A DNA stretch of 64,000 bases from Epiperipatus broadwayi (GCA_028023455.1 JAQFVV010000001.1:3968001-4032000), one strand, 5' to 3'. Counted from the stretch's first letter, positions 1-12,626 are shown. Program-made: numbers and translations. Notes: generated by a model from the sequence alone, not told the origin.

Positions 1-1180
1 ATGGGATGAATTCACCCTCATTACAATTTATATATTCAATATAAAAAAAAAAACATATTTCTTCCTTCTATGCAAACTTGGTGATTTATCCTCACAGGAA
101 ATAAATATACCCCTTGCACAATTTCATTACAAAGAGGAACTAAAATAATGATAATAAACCCCATATTATATGTACAACGTCCTAAAATAAACTTAAAAAA
201 TTACATATAATTCTTATAAGTTTAATATAGTTAATATTTTTATACTGTTATTTTAAACTGAAAAACTTAAATTTCTTACAGATATTTGAATTTTCAGTGT
301 ATATATTATGACATACCTTACATATAAGTTAAGATTAAAGTAGTTTCACAACCCTTTAACCAGTAGGCTTCTTTTATTCACTCTAAAGGATCACTATTGG
401 TTTCCAATTCAGTTGATTTTTATAACAATCATTTTGCAGGCTGTTTTTGGGCTTTATTGATTGGTGTCAATCTTGATTACTACAGAATAAAAACATCTAC
501 AAAGTAAAGCAAATCATTTATAAGTCATGTCATCATATTTCTTGACATGATAAGTAACAAACAATATTTGCAGTCTTCACATTATGTTTAGCAGGTTATT
601 CTTCCTCTCCTAGGCCTTATACTTCTGGAAGACAGATTTTATAGTCCTCAGTTAGTCATCTTAAGAAAGCTTTAAACTTAACATAACTTATCTAATGGGA
701 TGTACTGTTAAGTTTTTTTCCTCATTGGCATCTGGCTTTTTTACTTTTTTAGAAGTAATGTTTTACTACTAGAAACAGACAATAACCATTGCTCATTTTT
801 CTTTGGTCTCTAGATAACTTCAGATTGAATGCTGTATTCTGATGGCAAATCTGTTATTTCTAATCTGATAGCTGATGACTAAAAAACTAATGACTAATCT
901 GATCAAATATCTTTTTTAAACAGCCTTTTATAATTTTCTATAATGCCACCCAATTGCATCTAAATAAAAAAAAAATGTTTTCCATAACTTAAAAGCTAAT
1001 TTGTCCCATCTGTGCAAGCTGTTTTTCAAATATATCTCTAATCTTTTCACATTGCTTTTTAAAATTGTATAACTTATATGTCTATGAATAATAGGTTGTT
1101 TTTCCAATGATATTTTATAATAACGTTGTGACTTTTTACAACTTTGTTGAAACTGATTTGATTATAAATTATAATTTTTT

Positions 1181-1386
1181 TGTCAATTAAATTCTTTCAT
1201 AGATATACATTCAGCAATTACATTTTCTAACTGAACAAACTTACTTTTACAAGTTAAAGCTATATGTATTTGTGAGGATCAATTGTCAATTAAATTCTTT
1301 CATAGATAAACATTCAGCAATTACATTTTCTAACTGAACAAACTTACTTTTCAAGTTAAAGCTATATGTATTTGTGAGGGTCAATT
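1181..1386 (+). repeat. Tandem duplication of a 103-bp unit (2 copies)
   Basis: 1181-1283 and 1284-1386 are near-identical (tgtcaattaaattctttcatagat...gtgagg.tcaatt). Confidence 0.9.
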
Positions 1387-2809
1387 CTTTATTCACCCCA
1401 TTATCCATGGCAAGGAAGGCGAAAATTTGAATTAAGTAGCCTTTATGATATACATTATAAAGTTGCTATAATTTAAACCGTTTATATAAATATCAAATAT
1501 ATATAAAAAATATTTAATATCCAGTTTTGAACAATTCCAAAAGATTCTTACATATGTTACTTTTGATATAGCCAAAGTGCTCTAAGTGCTAAAATAAGCA
1601 AGCAATAGAAAATATTCATTGTTTAAAAAAAACTGTCTAATTTATATCTCTTAAAGTTTAGTTTCAGATCATGACAGCATTGTGACCCAATTTAATATAT
1701 CAAAAATGTAAGCATAATCAGAGAATTCTCTTCTGTAGTTTCAATACATGAATCATTCATGCCATTTCTTATCAATCATTGATCTTCTGACTTTGAATCT
1801 CCATATTGTCTTATATATTTTACATTAAGTGTATAATTCTGCTAAACAGTATATACCCATGCTTACGTTTACTCAAATCACTTAATAATTTATGTCAGTG
1901 AACAATCATAATTATTTTTTTCTAGTTAATCCAAGAACAGTCTTACTCATATCCACAACACAGTCCCGGAAATTATGATAATCAAATTACATCTTATTTA
2001 CTCATAAAACTAAATTTGTGCTTTAGATTACTAAACTTGATTTTGGAAAACACAACACTATTAATAAAGACACTAGCTTATAAACGTTTATAATAAAAAA
2101 AAATGGCAGTATAAATTCTATAAAAAGCAAAATTATCATGTAGTCGATTGATCAAGAGATCATGTGAGTTTTTTTCCCTTAACATACAGAAATTCTTAGT
2201 TCTTAAGACTATAGTTATCAGTAATGATATGAAACATGTCCAAGAAGTTATAAAAAATAATTTCTTTAATGATCACTTAGAACAACATATGTTTATTAAT
2301 ATTAAATATAAAGATTAATTCATTACGTATAAATCACATCGTATTTGTAGATTATGAGAAAATATCAGTGATTAAAATTTTGGATTATCATAAATCTAGA
2401 TTCAAGATATTATCAAATCTGAAAATATTTTTTTATAATACAAAATCAGTAATAATAATAATATCAGCATTGGTGATAGGATATGAAATTCAGTCTCTCC
2501 AAAACATTTTACATTATTTTTACAAAAAGTTTTTTATACATTAAAGTACAAGGGTCAGGATTTTTTTTATATATTTGTTTATATAATCAGTGATATGAAA
2601 TTGCAAGTACTGATGATGAAGTTAATACATATGAGCAAAAAAAAAAAGAGCTGTTTATTGAGGTTTAAAAAAGGAAAAATAAAGAACCGTAATAATAAAT
2701 AAATAATCAAACAGCATTATTGTTTGGAAGTTCATAAGAAGTTAGAATATCAGAAATATCAAAACTGAAATCAATTCAAGGCCTTTACATTTCAGAATCT
2801 ATCACTCTA

Positions 2810-2975
2810 AACATCACATGATCACTATCTCATACTAGCACATAAATGTTAATAAACAATTCAAAACAAAGCAAAACTCTCCATATAGTAGTGCCATCTT
2901 ATGGCATCCATTGATTGCTCTTGTTAGCACAAGATGGCACTACTATATGGAGTTTTGCTTTGTTTTGAATTGTTT
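2810..2975. mobile_element. Family A non-coding repeat: inverted 3' end plus forward fragment, 14-bp TSD
   Basis: 2810-2900 is the reverse complement of the family A 3' end (..gtgatcatgtgatgttt); 2901-2975 is a forward piece (ggcatccattgatt..ggagttttgc). Direct repeat aatctatcactcta at 2796-2809 and 2976-2989. Confidence 0.75.
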
Positions 2976-3149
2976 AATCTATCACTCTACCACTGAACTA
3001 TCAACTATACAGAGCAATAAATTAGTAGTTAAAATAAATGCTTTTATCAAATTAATAAGACAAATGTAAACAAACAATATGTAATTAAGATTTACTTGTG
3101 CTTACTTATGAATCTGAGATTTGTAAGTTTAATAAAAAAATCTGAAAAA

Positions 3150-3300
3150 CTACAGACAAAACAGAAAGATATAGACAGTTCCACAAGCAAATTACATGGA
3201 TGAAAAATCAAATAACTAATATTGTTATCAATGAAAGAATTAAGCAGTTGAAATTGAGCTGGATTGCATGTGTTGCTGCAATAGATGACAATTGATGCTA
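3150..3300 (+). mobile_element. RTE-type LINE ORF 3' fragment
   Basis: Translates to TWMKNQITNIVINERIKQLKLSWIACVAAIDDN, resembling the RTE C-terminal W..TKV.DI...IK.LKW.WAGH.AR..D.RW motif. Confidence 0.5.
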
Positions 3301-3519
3301 GCTGTCATTTTCATTATGTTCATTAAGATTAATCAAATAATTTAATATATCAAGCACATAGTTCTTCTTTTCAAAATAGTTCATAAAATCCAAAATAGAA
3401 ATAAAACAAACTAACTCCTTTTTAAAAACTTGTTTTTTATATGACTATTACATGGAAAAAAAATATCCAACGTTTCGACTATTTTATATATTAATAATGG
3501 GGACTATAATAGGTTAGAT

Positions 3520-3812
3520 ATTATGAATTCAGTTTATTTGATAAAATGTTTGAATTGTTTAGAAAGAATGTAGAAATGACATATGTTGGGACTAGTAAGA
3601 ATAAATTAAAAACTAGATTAAAACAGCATTTAGGTGATAAAAATTCTGCTGTTTACATTCACATGAATAAATTTAAGCATGGGGATTTTGATATAAAGCC
3701 TTTGGAATGTATTAAGTCATATAATGAAAGGATGATAAAAGAAAGTGTATATATTAATGAAATAAAACCAGAATTAAATAGGATGTTAATAGATAAACAG
3801 AAAAGAAAATAA
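3520..3812 (+). pseudogene. PLE GIY-YIG endonuclease domain (frameshifted fragment)
   Basis: NSVYLIKCLNCLE / frameshift / NVEMTYVGTSKNKLKTRLKQH...H..F...IKESVYINEIKPELNR: VY..C..C..YVG, R..H and ES..I...KP.LN motifs. Confidence 0.85.
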
Positions 3813-4021
3813 TAGCTTTTTAATTAAATGTTTTAAAAGATATATATAGATTTTTTTTTTTAATAAAAGGAAATTGTTTCTCTTTGAGTTGTGTTTGTTG
3901 GTAATAGGAAAGGGGAGTGAGATAAGGTATATTTTTGGTTATGAATATATTTTGTAATTTTTTGTTTATTTATTTATTTTTATGGAATATGTGTTATTTG
4001 TTATATATATTATTTTATTTT

Positions 4022-4069
4022 AGTGTGCCTTGAAAAAGACTATATAAAATAGTCGAAACGTTGGATATT
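4022..4069 (+). ncRNA. Putative minimal type I hammerhead ribozyme, U3-A8 variant
   Basis: cc-UUGAAAA-A-GACUAU(auaaa)AUAGUC-GAAA-CG-UU-gg; 6-bp stem II, palindromic AACGUU in place of stem-loop III, located in the PLE 3' repeat. Confidence 0.55.
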
Positions 4070-6149
4070 TTTTTTCCATGTAATAGTCATATAAAAAACA
4101 AGTTTTTAAAAAGGAGTTAGTTTGTTTTAATTCTATTTTCATTAAGATGCCTTTATAAAAATTTAGAAGTGATTAACCAAATCAGATCATGTGTGTCCTG
4201 TTAAATTTACAAACCTAGATGGCATTTTTAAAAATTGTTGAATTATTCATAGTTCCATCAAGTTCTTCACCACTGAAAAAAATATAAACAATACAATACT
4301 TTATTCAATCTTATTAGTGCTACAATAATGCTCAATATAAAATAGACTTATGTAAAATGTGCATACTTCTTGTCTCTGAAACTTTCACGTAAACAAAAAA
4401 AAAACAATAGACCTGAGTACCTGACAATCATGACTTATCAAAGTGCAGGTTAACAAAAAAAAATATTGTATTAACCATTCTGTAGAAATTGTAGTATGAA
4501 TTTAGATTCAGGCCAGAGAAAAGTTTAAAAAGTTTAATATTCCAATCAGATTCTCTTTCATGTAGCCAACCGTAGCAAACCCAATATTGGTCAGTAAATG
4601 AGTTTTTAGTTATTATTAATTAAAGGGTGAGACAAAGTGAAAAAACTCTTAAAGGTTCATCAGCCACAATTGGTAAGCCTAATAAGAAGCCAGAGGGTTT
4701 TGCACTATAATAGATTTTTAAGTGTTAAATCTTTTTACTATACATATATATTTACAAAATTTGTACTTATACATTATTAATCATTTTACAATCATAATAC
4801 AAAAACAATTAAGAAATCAGATATTTTTCAAGTATGAATATCCACAATTATTTACATAAATCAAGGCTTTTTTTTTGGACAACAAAAGTGAGTACCCCCC
4901 CCCCCATTATTAACGCTTTGCTTTTTTTTTTTTTCAAAAAAAAAATACTATATATAAATATAGAGAAACTCACAATATTTTGAGTGTTTTTATTGTGTTG
5001 AATAATATTTTCTATACAATCATTTGCATAAAGTAAAATTCAAGAAAAAAGACAAAGGAGGAAAATGTAAATTCAAATGATCTCTTATCGCTATCTCACA
5101 AACAGACTTATTTATTTTTAAAAACTACTGGACGAATCGCATTAGATATTATCTGTTATAATATCTTCTTTTTAGTTTCTTTTTGTTTTTCAATCTGATA
5201 AAGCTAGTTTTTAATGACGTAATAGAACACCTGTGAAATAGTTTAAGAAACTAAAATGGTGTACTTTCTTGGAAAATTCTTAGATCTTAATTCCTTTTTG
5301 TAATTTGTATAAAAGATTTTTTTCTATTATTGATCACAGATGAAGCGCGCGATTTCAAATCTATGGCTGAGTTAATTTTCATTGAAATTGTTTTCTAAAG
5401 CTATTCCGTTGTCTCTAATATCAAAGATTCTTTTTTATTTTACAAAAAAATAAAAAAAAACCTTTTGTTCTACAAGAGTACAATTTATCACAGAAAAATA
5501 TCACATGCTAATTCCAGCGGGAAAAAGGCAGTTTATCTACTTGTGATATAGTAAATTAGTGAAAGGAAGATGGAGTATGTGACAATTTTAAAACAAACAC
5601 ATTAAAAGTTAGTAATAGTTGCGAGATGAAACCTATTTACCTGTTGTATGTAAATTCAGTGATTAAGATGACTAAAGCAATAACAAAGAAGAGAACTCAG
5701 TAAATTCAATTCATTAATTCACTTTCTAAATGAATAATAATGATAGAAATCCAATAATAAATTAGAGCCTTTATTTTTGTAAAATTCAAATGAAATTGTA
5801 ATTATTGAACTATTTTTTCTCATATTTCAGAGAATCAGACTTTATTAATATAACCTCCTAGTAGGACAAATACTTGTTAAAAAAATAAGTTCATCAGCAT
5901 GTAAGAAAAATATTAAATAGTATTTTGTATATATTAAATAAGCTGTTCTTATGTCATAACAAAGGATCAATGTATATTGCTATATGCTAATTTAACTTAT
6001 TAAATGTCTTTTATAATTAATTAATGAAATTCTATATTTCTAAATACTTTCAATATATTTAAATTGTAATCGACTTACAATTTGCGAAATGATTATTTAT
6101 ATTTTCATTTTATATTACTTATTTAATATTTAATTTCATTCACACTCTA

Positions 6150-6850
6150 TAATTATCTATTTTAGCCAACTTTTTTAAAATACTTTTCCCATTTAACGTT
6201 AACATCTTTATCACTTTATTTTTAATAGCATGCTTATATTCTCTGCATGCTTTTCCCCTCTCTTTTACACTTTTACTCTCACTTTTCTATTCCTTTTATT
6301 TTTCTGAATATTCTCACCTAAAACTCTATTTGCCACTTTTTCTATTTCACCACACCAGTCCTTATATTCATCCCCAATAAACTCTTCCATGATTATTTCT
6401 ATTTTTATTTTATATTCTTCTAACTCATTCTTATCATTCATTCTCCATCCACATCTTTAACTATCCTTTCTACTTTTATTACTATTTTTCATCACATTAC
6501 TAATCATTTCTATTGTAAAGAAATTGTCGTCACTATTACATACTCTGTCTTCATTATCAGACACTTTAATTTTCCATACTTTATTTATTTCCTCTTTCTC
6601 TACTAATACATAATCTATTGTGCGAAATATATTATTTCTAGACCATGTGTATTGTCCCTCATAAATATTTGATAAATTTCCAATGTTCAAATTCACTCTC
6701 TGACAAAAATTCTTCAAAAGCTATCCATTCTTGTTATCTACGCATCAATTTCTTCAATATGCCCATCACAATGTTAAAATATTTCAGTGAAACCATCTGT
6801 GAATATGATGTGACTGAAAGAGAAATCAAGATTAAGTGTGGAAACTGAGG
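6150..6850 (-). mobile_element. Decayed LINE ORF2, APE endonuclease region
   Basis: ORF 6457-6717: YTWSRNNIFRTIDYVLV...CNSDD matches APE YTW / IDY / SDH motifs. Confidence 0.7.
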
Positions 6851-9799
6851 AAGCAATGTTATTTATGATAAAATTATAATAAGGATTATGTTATGTTTTA
6901 TGAAAAAGACAAGAATTTGTTGCAAAAAATATGATCATTTGAAAAATATTTGATGTAAATATGATGATGAAGATTCTCCACTCTATATCAACCTAAATAT
7001 TGTTTGTATTCTTTTATTTCATTCTTTAATAAAAGATTTTTATTTAAAATCTATTTTGGCTATGAATATGAGGGACAAAACCTCAAAAGTGCTAGGCCTA
7101 TATTAATTTATTTTGATTGTTTTCTTACCATTAACTTAACAGCTTCTTCACCCAGAATGTTAAAGCACTTGTATATACTATTAGAATTTTGAATAATATT
7201 TTTACTTGTTTTAGTAACTAAGAGAAAAAATTAAGGTAAAATAGTAATAAAACAAAAGCTTTTCCATCCTGTTTTCACAGTAAGTCAGTTATGATCAATA
7301 TAGTAAGACAAGAATTAAAATTCATAAATTAGACAAATATAATTCTGACATTTTTACTTTATCTAGGATGACTTATGATGAAATAAGTTTATATTCATGT
7401 TTGACATTTAAATTTTCCTGATATCTTTTTCTTACAAGGAAATTTTTCCAACATTATGAGCTGTGGCTTTGGTTAAGAAAAATATTTTATGACTTAGTTT
7501 GATGGCTGCTTTATCCAATGAAGATAGTTTGTCTGCAGTTTAAATTGGCATTGACTTTATATACATAAACCAGCACAATAATAATTAATAAATGAAGAAG
7601 TTATAAATTCATTGAATTTGACAATAACTCTTAATCAATTTTCTCCATGACTGGAATATGATTCTCAAGAGGCTGACCATACTTCTTGCTTTATATCTAA
7701 GATATATTCTTCTTTAACTTTTCTCATATATTGTGTTTATGCTCAAAATAAGATCTTATAGATGCTATTCTTTGGTCAATTATAAAGAATGAGCAACAGA
7801 TAATCTAAATAGATTTCTTAATCAATTATTATGGAGAAATCTGAGTAAAAGCAATAATGACTAACATTAACTCATGCATTTTTCTCTATGTGATGAAAAT
7901 GCTCTCCTTCTATTGCTACTAATAAATACTAATATGGAACAGCTAATAAAAAAATTGAATATTCCAAGTTTTCAGAGATCTTTTACATTTTCCAATCCAT
8001 TCTTGAACATCAACTTTTAAAAGCAAAAGGAAATCAAAGAAAATATTTATTATATATAATTGACATTTTTTAATTCGATAAATTTAGAAATTTGGTAATA
8101 AATATAATTACTTATGAGAACAAACAAACTTTTCTTTCAAGAATAAATTATTTTGAAATAAACACATACACAATATAGTTAAGAAAGTTTCATATGTTAA
8201 CATTGTAAAAATTCATCAGCATTTTTTTTTTAAATCAGAGAATGGAAATACTTGACTTTATTTTCTCCACATGCCAGAAAAACTTCCATAGTTTATTCAA
8301 CCATTTTCTTCTATTATCATCTCTTTTAGAAATATGTCCCAACCAGATCCACTTCAGCTTCTTAATTTTTTCAATGATGTCAGCGATACTTGTTTACTTA
8401 TGCAAATATTTCACTTTTGATCTTTTCTTGTTACTTCCAACACAGATCTTTCCATACTTTGTTGAGTGGTTTAAAATATCTGTATCAAGTTTTTAAAAAA
8501 AACTTATTTATTAAAACTTTTCATTCCAAACCAAGGACATATTTTCTTCTAACATTATATCTATTAAAAGCACTCCATTTCAAGTTTAATTCTATCATTA
8601 ATTTCATCCATGTTTCATTAATCTGACCAAGATATTTTTTAACTATTTTAAATTCATAATTATTAATCTTTATTTTTTTCTTCTGAACAAAATTATTCAA
8701 TCCCACTTTAGTCTTTCTAGCATTTATCTTTAGAATAATTCTTGCAACATCTACTAAACTTTTAAGCATTATTTGCAAAATTTAGATGACTTAATAAGAT
8801 CCATATATTTTTAATTTTTTAGCTTCCCATTTTAATCCTGAAAATACTTATTATAAAACTGCTATAAAAAGTTTTGGAGAAATGGAGTCACTCTGTTGTA
8901 TACCTTACCAATAATTAATTTTCTCAGAATCGCTATATAATCTAATCATTGATGTTATATTTTAATAAATATTCTTTACAATATCCTGGACTATACCATA
9001 ATATGAAGACTTAATCATTATAAAAATGCTTTTCATAATTTAAAAATCCAATTTTAGATGACAACTTAAACAAATTGTTTTTTTCTATAACTTCCTCAAT
9101 ATTTGGATGTGATCCACTATGGTAAAATTATTGTGACGGCAAAACATTTATATACAAATGATAGAAGACTGATTGATCTGTAATTTATAATATCTTGTTC
9201 ATAATTTTTTAAATATCAATATCTTCACTAATGTCACTAAGTCTGCCACTTTCTCTATTTTTCGGTAATACAATACAATTTGTCTGCTTTACTTCAAACA
9301 CTTTTTAGTAAACAAAAATTATTGTGTATATATATATATACACAATCTGACATTTCAACAGTCCTGCAGCCTTCCTCAGAGCTATGAGATAATGACAAAT
9401 AAAATAAAATAAATGACTATATAAATAATACAATAAAAATCAAATAAAAAATATAAACCATAAAATTTTAAAAATAAAGAAAAATAATCTAAATTAAAAT
9501 AAAATAAAATATAACAAAACAATTTAATTAAATGTGATAAAATGGAATTAAAATCAAATCAAATCAAATAATCCAGATAATATAAAATAAACAACATTAA
9601 ATTGAATTTGTTGTATATTTTAATTTTATTTTTTCTAGATTATTTTATTTTAATTCCATTTTATCACATTTAATTTATTTTAATTTTACTATATTTTGTT
9701 ATAAATGTGGTTTTAATTTCTCCTTATTTGTAATAATAAAAATACTTAATTGTAAATTATTAGAGAAAAAAATATATAGTTAATAATAAATTTGGCTGA

Positions 9800-9992
9800 A
9801 CGTTTTTCTGCATTTTTTGAACATACTAAACAATCAGGGCACAATTTCATCCCCGCTAACCCCGTCATTTTATGCTCAGAACCAAACGACTACAGGAGGA
9901 AAATAAAAGAGGCATTCTACATTAACAGAGACATCCATGCAATCAACAGAAGAGACACGTGCTTCGACATCTCGAAAAAATGGGCTACGTAA
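9800..9992 (+). pseudogene. PLE GIY-YIG C-terminal fragment
   Basis: FFEHTKQSGHNF..NPVILCSEPNDYRRKIKEAFYINR..AINR..W; homologous to 38025-38261 and 53824-54333. Confidence 0.85.
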
Positions 9993-10045
9993 CAGTAGCT
10001 CATTTGAATATTCTCATTTACATATATTAAGTACATTTTCATGAA

Positions 10046-10086
10046 GGCTATGAGTATGAGGCACAGTTCCTCGAAAACGTTCAGCC
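10046..10086 (+). ncRNA. Putative minimal type I hammerhead ribozyme, A3-U8 variant
   Basis: GGCU-AUGAGUA-U-GAGG(cacaguu)CCUC-GAAA-ACGU-UC-AGCC: 4-bp stem I, 4-bp stem II, palindromic stem III, about 54 nt after the PLE stop codon. Confidence 0.6.
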
Positions 10087-10282
10087 AAATTTATTATTAA
10101 CTATATATTTTTTCTCTAATAATTTACAATTAAGTATTTTTATTATATTTTGTTATATTTTATTTTATTATATGTTATGTTATTTTTCTTTATTTTTTTA
10201 AATTAAATTGTTTGCATTTTTTATTTGATTTTTGTTGTATTATTAACATAGTTATTTATTTTATTTTATTTGTCATTATATC

Positions 10283-10325
10283 ATAGCTCTGAGGAAGTCT
10301 GCATGACAGTCGAAATATAAGATTG
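10283..10325 (+). ncRNA. Decayed hammerhead motif of family B1 (inverted sister copy at 9341-9385)
   Basis: ctgagga-a-gtctg-catga-cagtc-gaaa-tataag versus sister ctgagga-a-ggctg-cagga-ctgtt-gaaa-tgtcag; consensus CUGAGGA-A-GACUG..CAGUC-GAAA-yGUC. Confidence 0.45.
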
Positions 10326-12626
10326 TGTGTGTATATGTACAATAAAAAAATTTGCTAAGAATTGTTTAAAATAAGGTGGGCAAATTGTAAATATCAATGT
10401 CATTAATCATCTGACACAGCTTTATTATCTAAATATTTTATTTAAACAATTGATATATAATTTTGCCAACAATTTTTCTATTTTTTCATCTGCTTTTTAA
10501 AGATATCTGTAATAAGGTCATAATCTGTTGATGTTTTTTTTCCTTCTTTATAGATTTAATTGCATGTCTCATCACTTCATGTAAAATACTTGGCAATTTA
10601 TAAAATTATTAATATATAATTCAGTGCAAAAGTTTTGTACTTGCTCATCCTTTTTAATAATAGGTTTGTTTTCTTTTTATTATTGCTGACAACTTTCCTT
10701 CTAATACCAAGATATTATTGTATGTTGGAGAGATTTATTTTATAGCTTTCCTTAATAACTTACAGTTATATTTTCTTTATTCCATTTTATTGAATTCCAG
10801 ATATTCAATTCTTCTTAACAGATTACTTTTAATTATTTTCATGTTGCTTCTTTTCTTTGCCTCAATTAAAAAATGTTGTTATAATCCAAATAAGTCTACT
10901 AACAATCAATTAAGTGATCTAGCAATAATTTCTATGGAAATCTAAAAGAGCAGAGTATAAAAAGGCTATCAAGTTCAAATAATGTTTATTTATACTATTA
11001 TTCTATACGTTTTTTATTATATTTCAATTTGTTTCTGCACCTTTTTTTTTAATTATAATTTGTATTCGCGTATGTGTGTGCTTTTCAAAAAATATATTTT
11101 TTAGTTAATTTATATTTTCCCCTATGAATATCCATTGCTTTTTTTACTAATAAATTTTGAATAAAAAATCTTTAATAATAACTAACCAGTATAGGACAAA
11201 GGCCTTTCTAACAGCCACCATAAAGGAATAGTGAAAGAGAAGACAATACTTATCTATTACTAGATAATAAGATTTTGAGTGTTCTTCTATTTTTGTTTTA
11301 TCCTCTAGGTAAGAATAGGTAGATAATCATTTTCCAAACAATGTTGGACAGTTAGATAGATTTTGGATTTGAATCCCATGTCATAGACATAATAGCTAAA
11401 AGCACCATTGTAGTTTGTTTTTCATATAAATTTTAATATATAATGGCTTACTGCTATAATGAAGGCTTATAGTGTGAATAAATTGTACACAACTCATTTT
11501 TTCTTACTAAATTAAACTTTACATGTCAAATATAAAATATATAATGAATAGGATGAGAATCTTTATCATGTAAGGCTTAAGATATTGTTTCAATTCACTT
11601 ATCTGATAATTTGTATCTTTAGCAGTAAAAATATTCTGTACTTACTATTACTTTTTAATTGTTTTGCTACATACTTATAATAACATTGGTCACAAGCCTG
11701 GAAATCTGGATTAAAAAATTGCTTAATGTGTGAAAAAAAAAACAAGCAAAAAAGCTGCAAAACTGTTAATGAATAAAAAATGTATACTGAACACTATTGA
11801 ATAGTGACACAAGATGCATAAATCATTTCAGGGCTTTCTTCAAAAACTGGAGAAGTTGATTAGTGCCATGGAAAAAAAATTTCAAGCTAGAAAGTGAATG
11901 TAAAATGATTATTATGAACATAAATTAATGTTTTAAATGATTAATTTTAATTTTCACTATGAGACAGAACACAGTTAAAATGTAGTATCAAGAAACAATT
12001 TCCGAACAAAAAATACTCTGAAACTGCCAAATAATAAAAATATTTATAACGAATGGCATTGATTGGCAGTACACATATAACCAAGATATTTTAGCATCTT
12101 TGAAAAGTTGATTAACACTGTGAAGAAAATTTCTAAACGAGAAAGCAAAAATAAAATGATTTTTTATTAACCTAAGTTTATTTTAAGATTAATTTTAATT
12201 TTTATTACAAGGCAAAAAATGGACTTGGAATATAAGTATCATGAAAATAATAATTTCAAAGCAAAAACCGAAGTTCTGCAAATGATATGCTAAATCAACA
12301 TTATGTGAAATTTTATTAGTGTAAGTTTAAGGTTTATTTTATGCTTTTAAAAGTTTTATTTTAGCTTTCATTAGAATTGAACCATACAATATGCACAACA
12401 ATTGATTTCATATGTTTATTTACAGTTATATTTTTAACTGCTATTTTTTCAGCTGTGATTAAGATTATAATTTTGCTCTGGCTACAGACCTAAACAGATT
12501 GTAAGATACAATAAATGAATATATAAACAAATGATTTTCTGGAACTAATTACTTCATTATAGTAAACTCTAGTATAATTTCTTTTTATTTAAAAATTAAA
12601 AATCAGGATATCTTTTAACATGCAGG

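Larger units (their letters stand above)
3330..4137 (+). mobile_element. 5'-truncated Penelope-like element with inverted terminal repeat
   Basis: GIY-YIG coding remnant flanked by a ~99-bp near-perfect inverted repeat (3392-3490 / 4041-4139); 11-bp direct repeat ttcattaagat at 3319-3329 and 4138-4148. Confidence 0.8.
9704..10143 (+). mobile_element. 5'-truncated Penelope-like element (family B2) nested in B1
   Basis: GIY-YIG C-terminus plus inverted repeat 9731-9808 / 10073-10146; 14-bp TSD tatattttgttata at 9690-9703 and 10144-10157. Confidence 0.8.
9241..10395. mobile_element. PLE-type terminal-repeat insertion (family B1), head-to-head inverted
   Basis: 9277-9520 is an inverted copy of 10150-10390; both arms carry a decayed CUGAGGA-A-GACUG..CAGUC-GAAA motif; TSD as in the RTE entry. 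Confidence 0.65.
8230..10960 (-). mobile_element. Decayed RTE LINE reverse transcriptase, split by a PLE insertion at 9241-10395
   Basis: 10400-10700 gives LPSILHEVMRHAIKSIKK..; 9240-8230 continues with NYRSISLL-like, LKINARKTKV and KYLGQ motifs. 11-bp TSD aatgtcactaa (9230-9240) / aatgtcattaa (10396-10406) brackets the insertion. Confidence 0.8.

Noticed and set aside
330-900. Minus-strand frames that look like decayed coding sequence (SRLTPINKAQKQPAK*..)
   Set aside because: Multiple stops and no recognisable domain.
4877-4905. acaaaagtgagtacccc resembling a Tc1 TIR
   Set aside because: No partner TIR or transposase found; too short to call.
7560-7900. Possible LINE RT-thumb remnant on the plus strand
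   Set aside because: Only vague similarity (NQLLWRN); no diagnostic motif.
11365-11377. B-box-like ggatttgaatccc suggesting a tRNA gene
   Set aside because: No cloverleaf or A box; at most a SINE relic.
12212-12320. Segment between a good acceptor and a gtaagt donor
   Set aside because: All three frames contain stops; at most a non-coding exon, unsupported.
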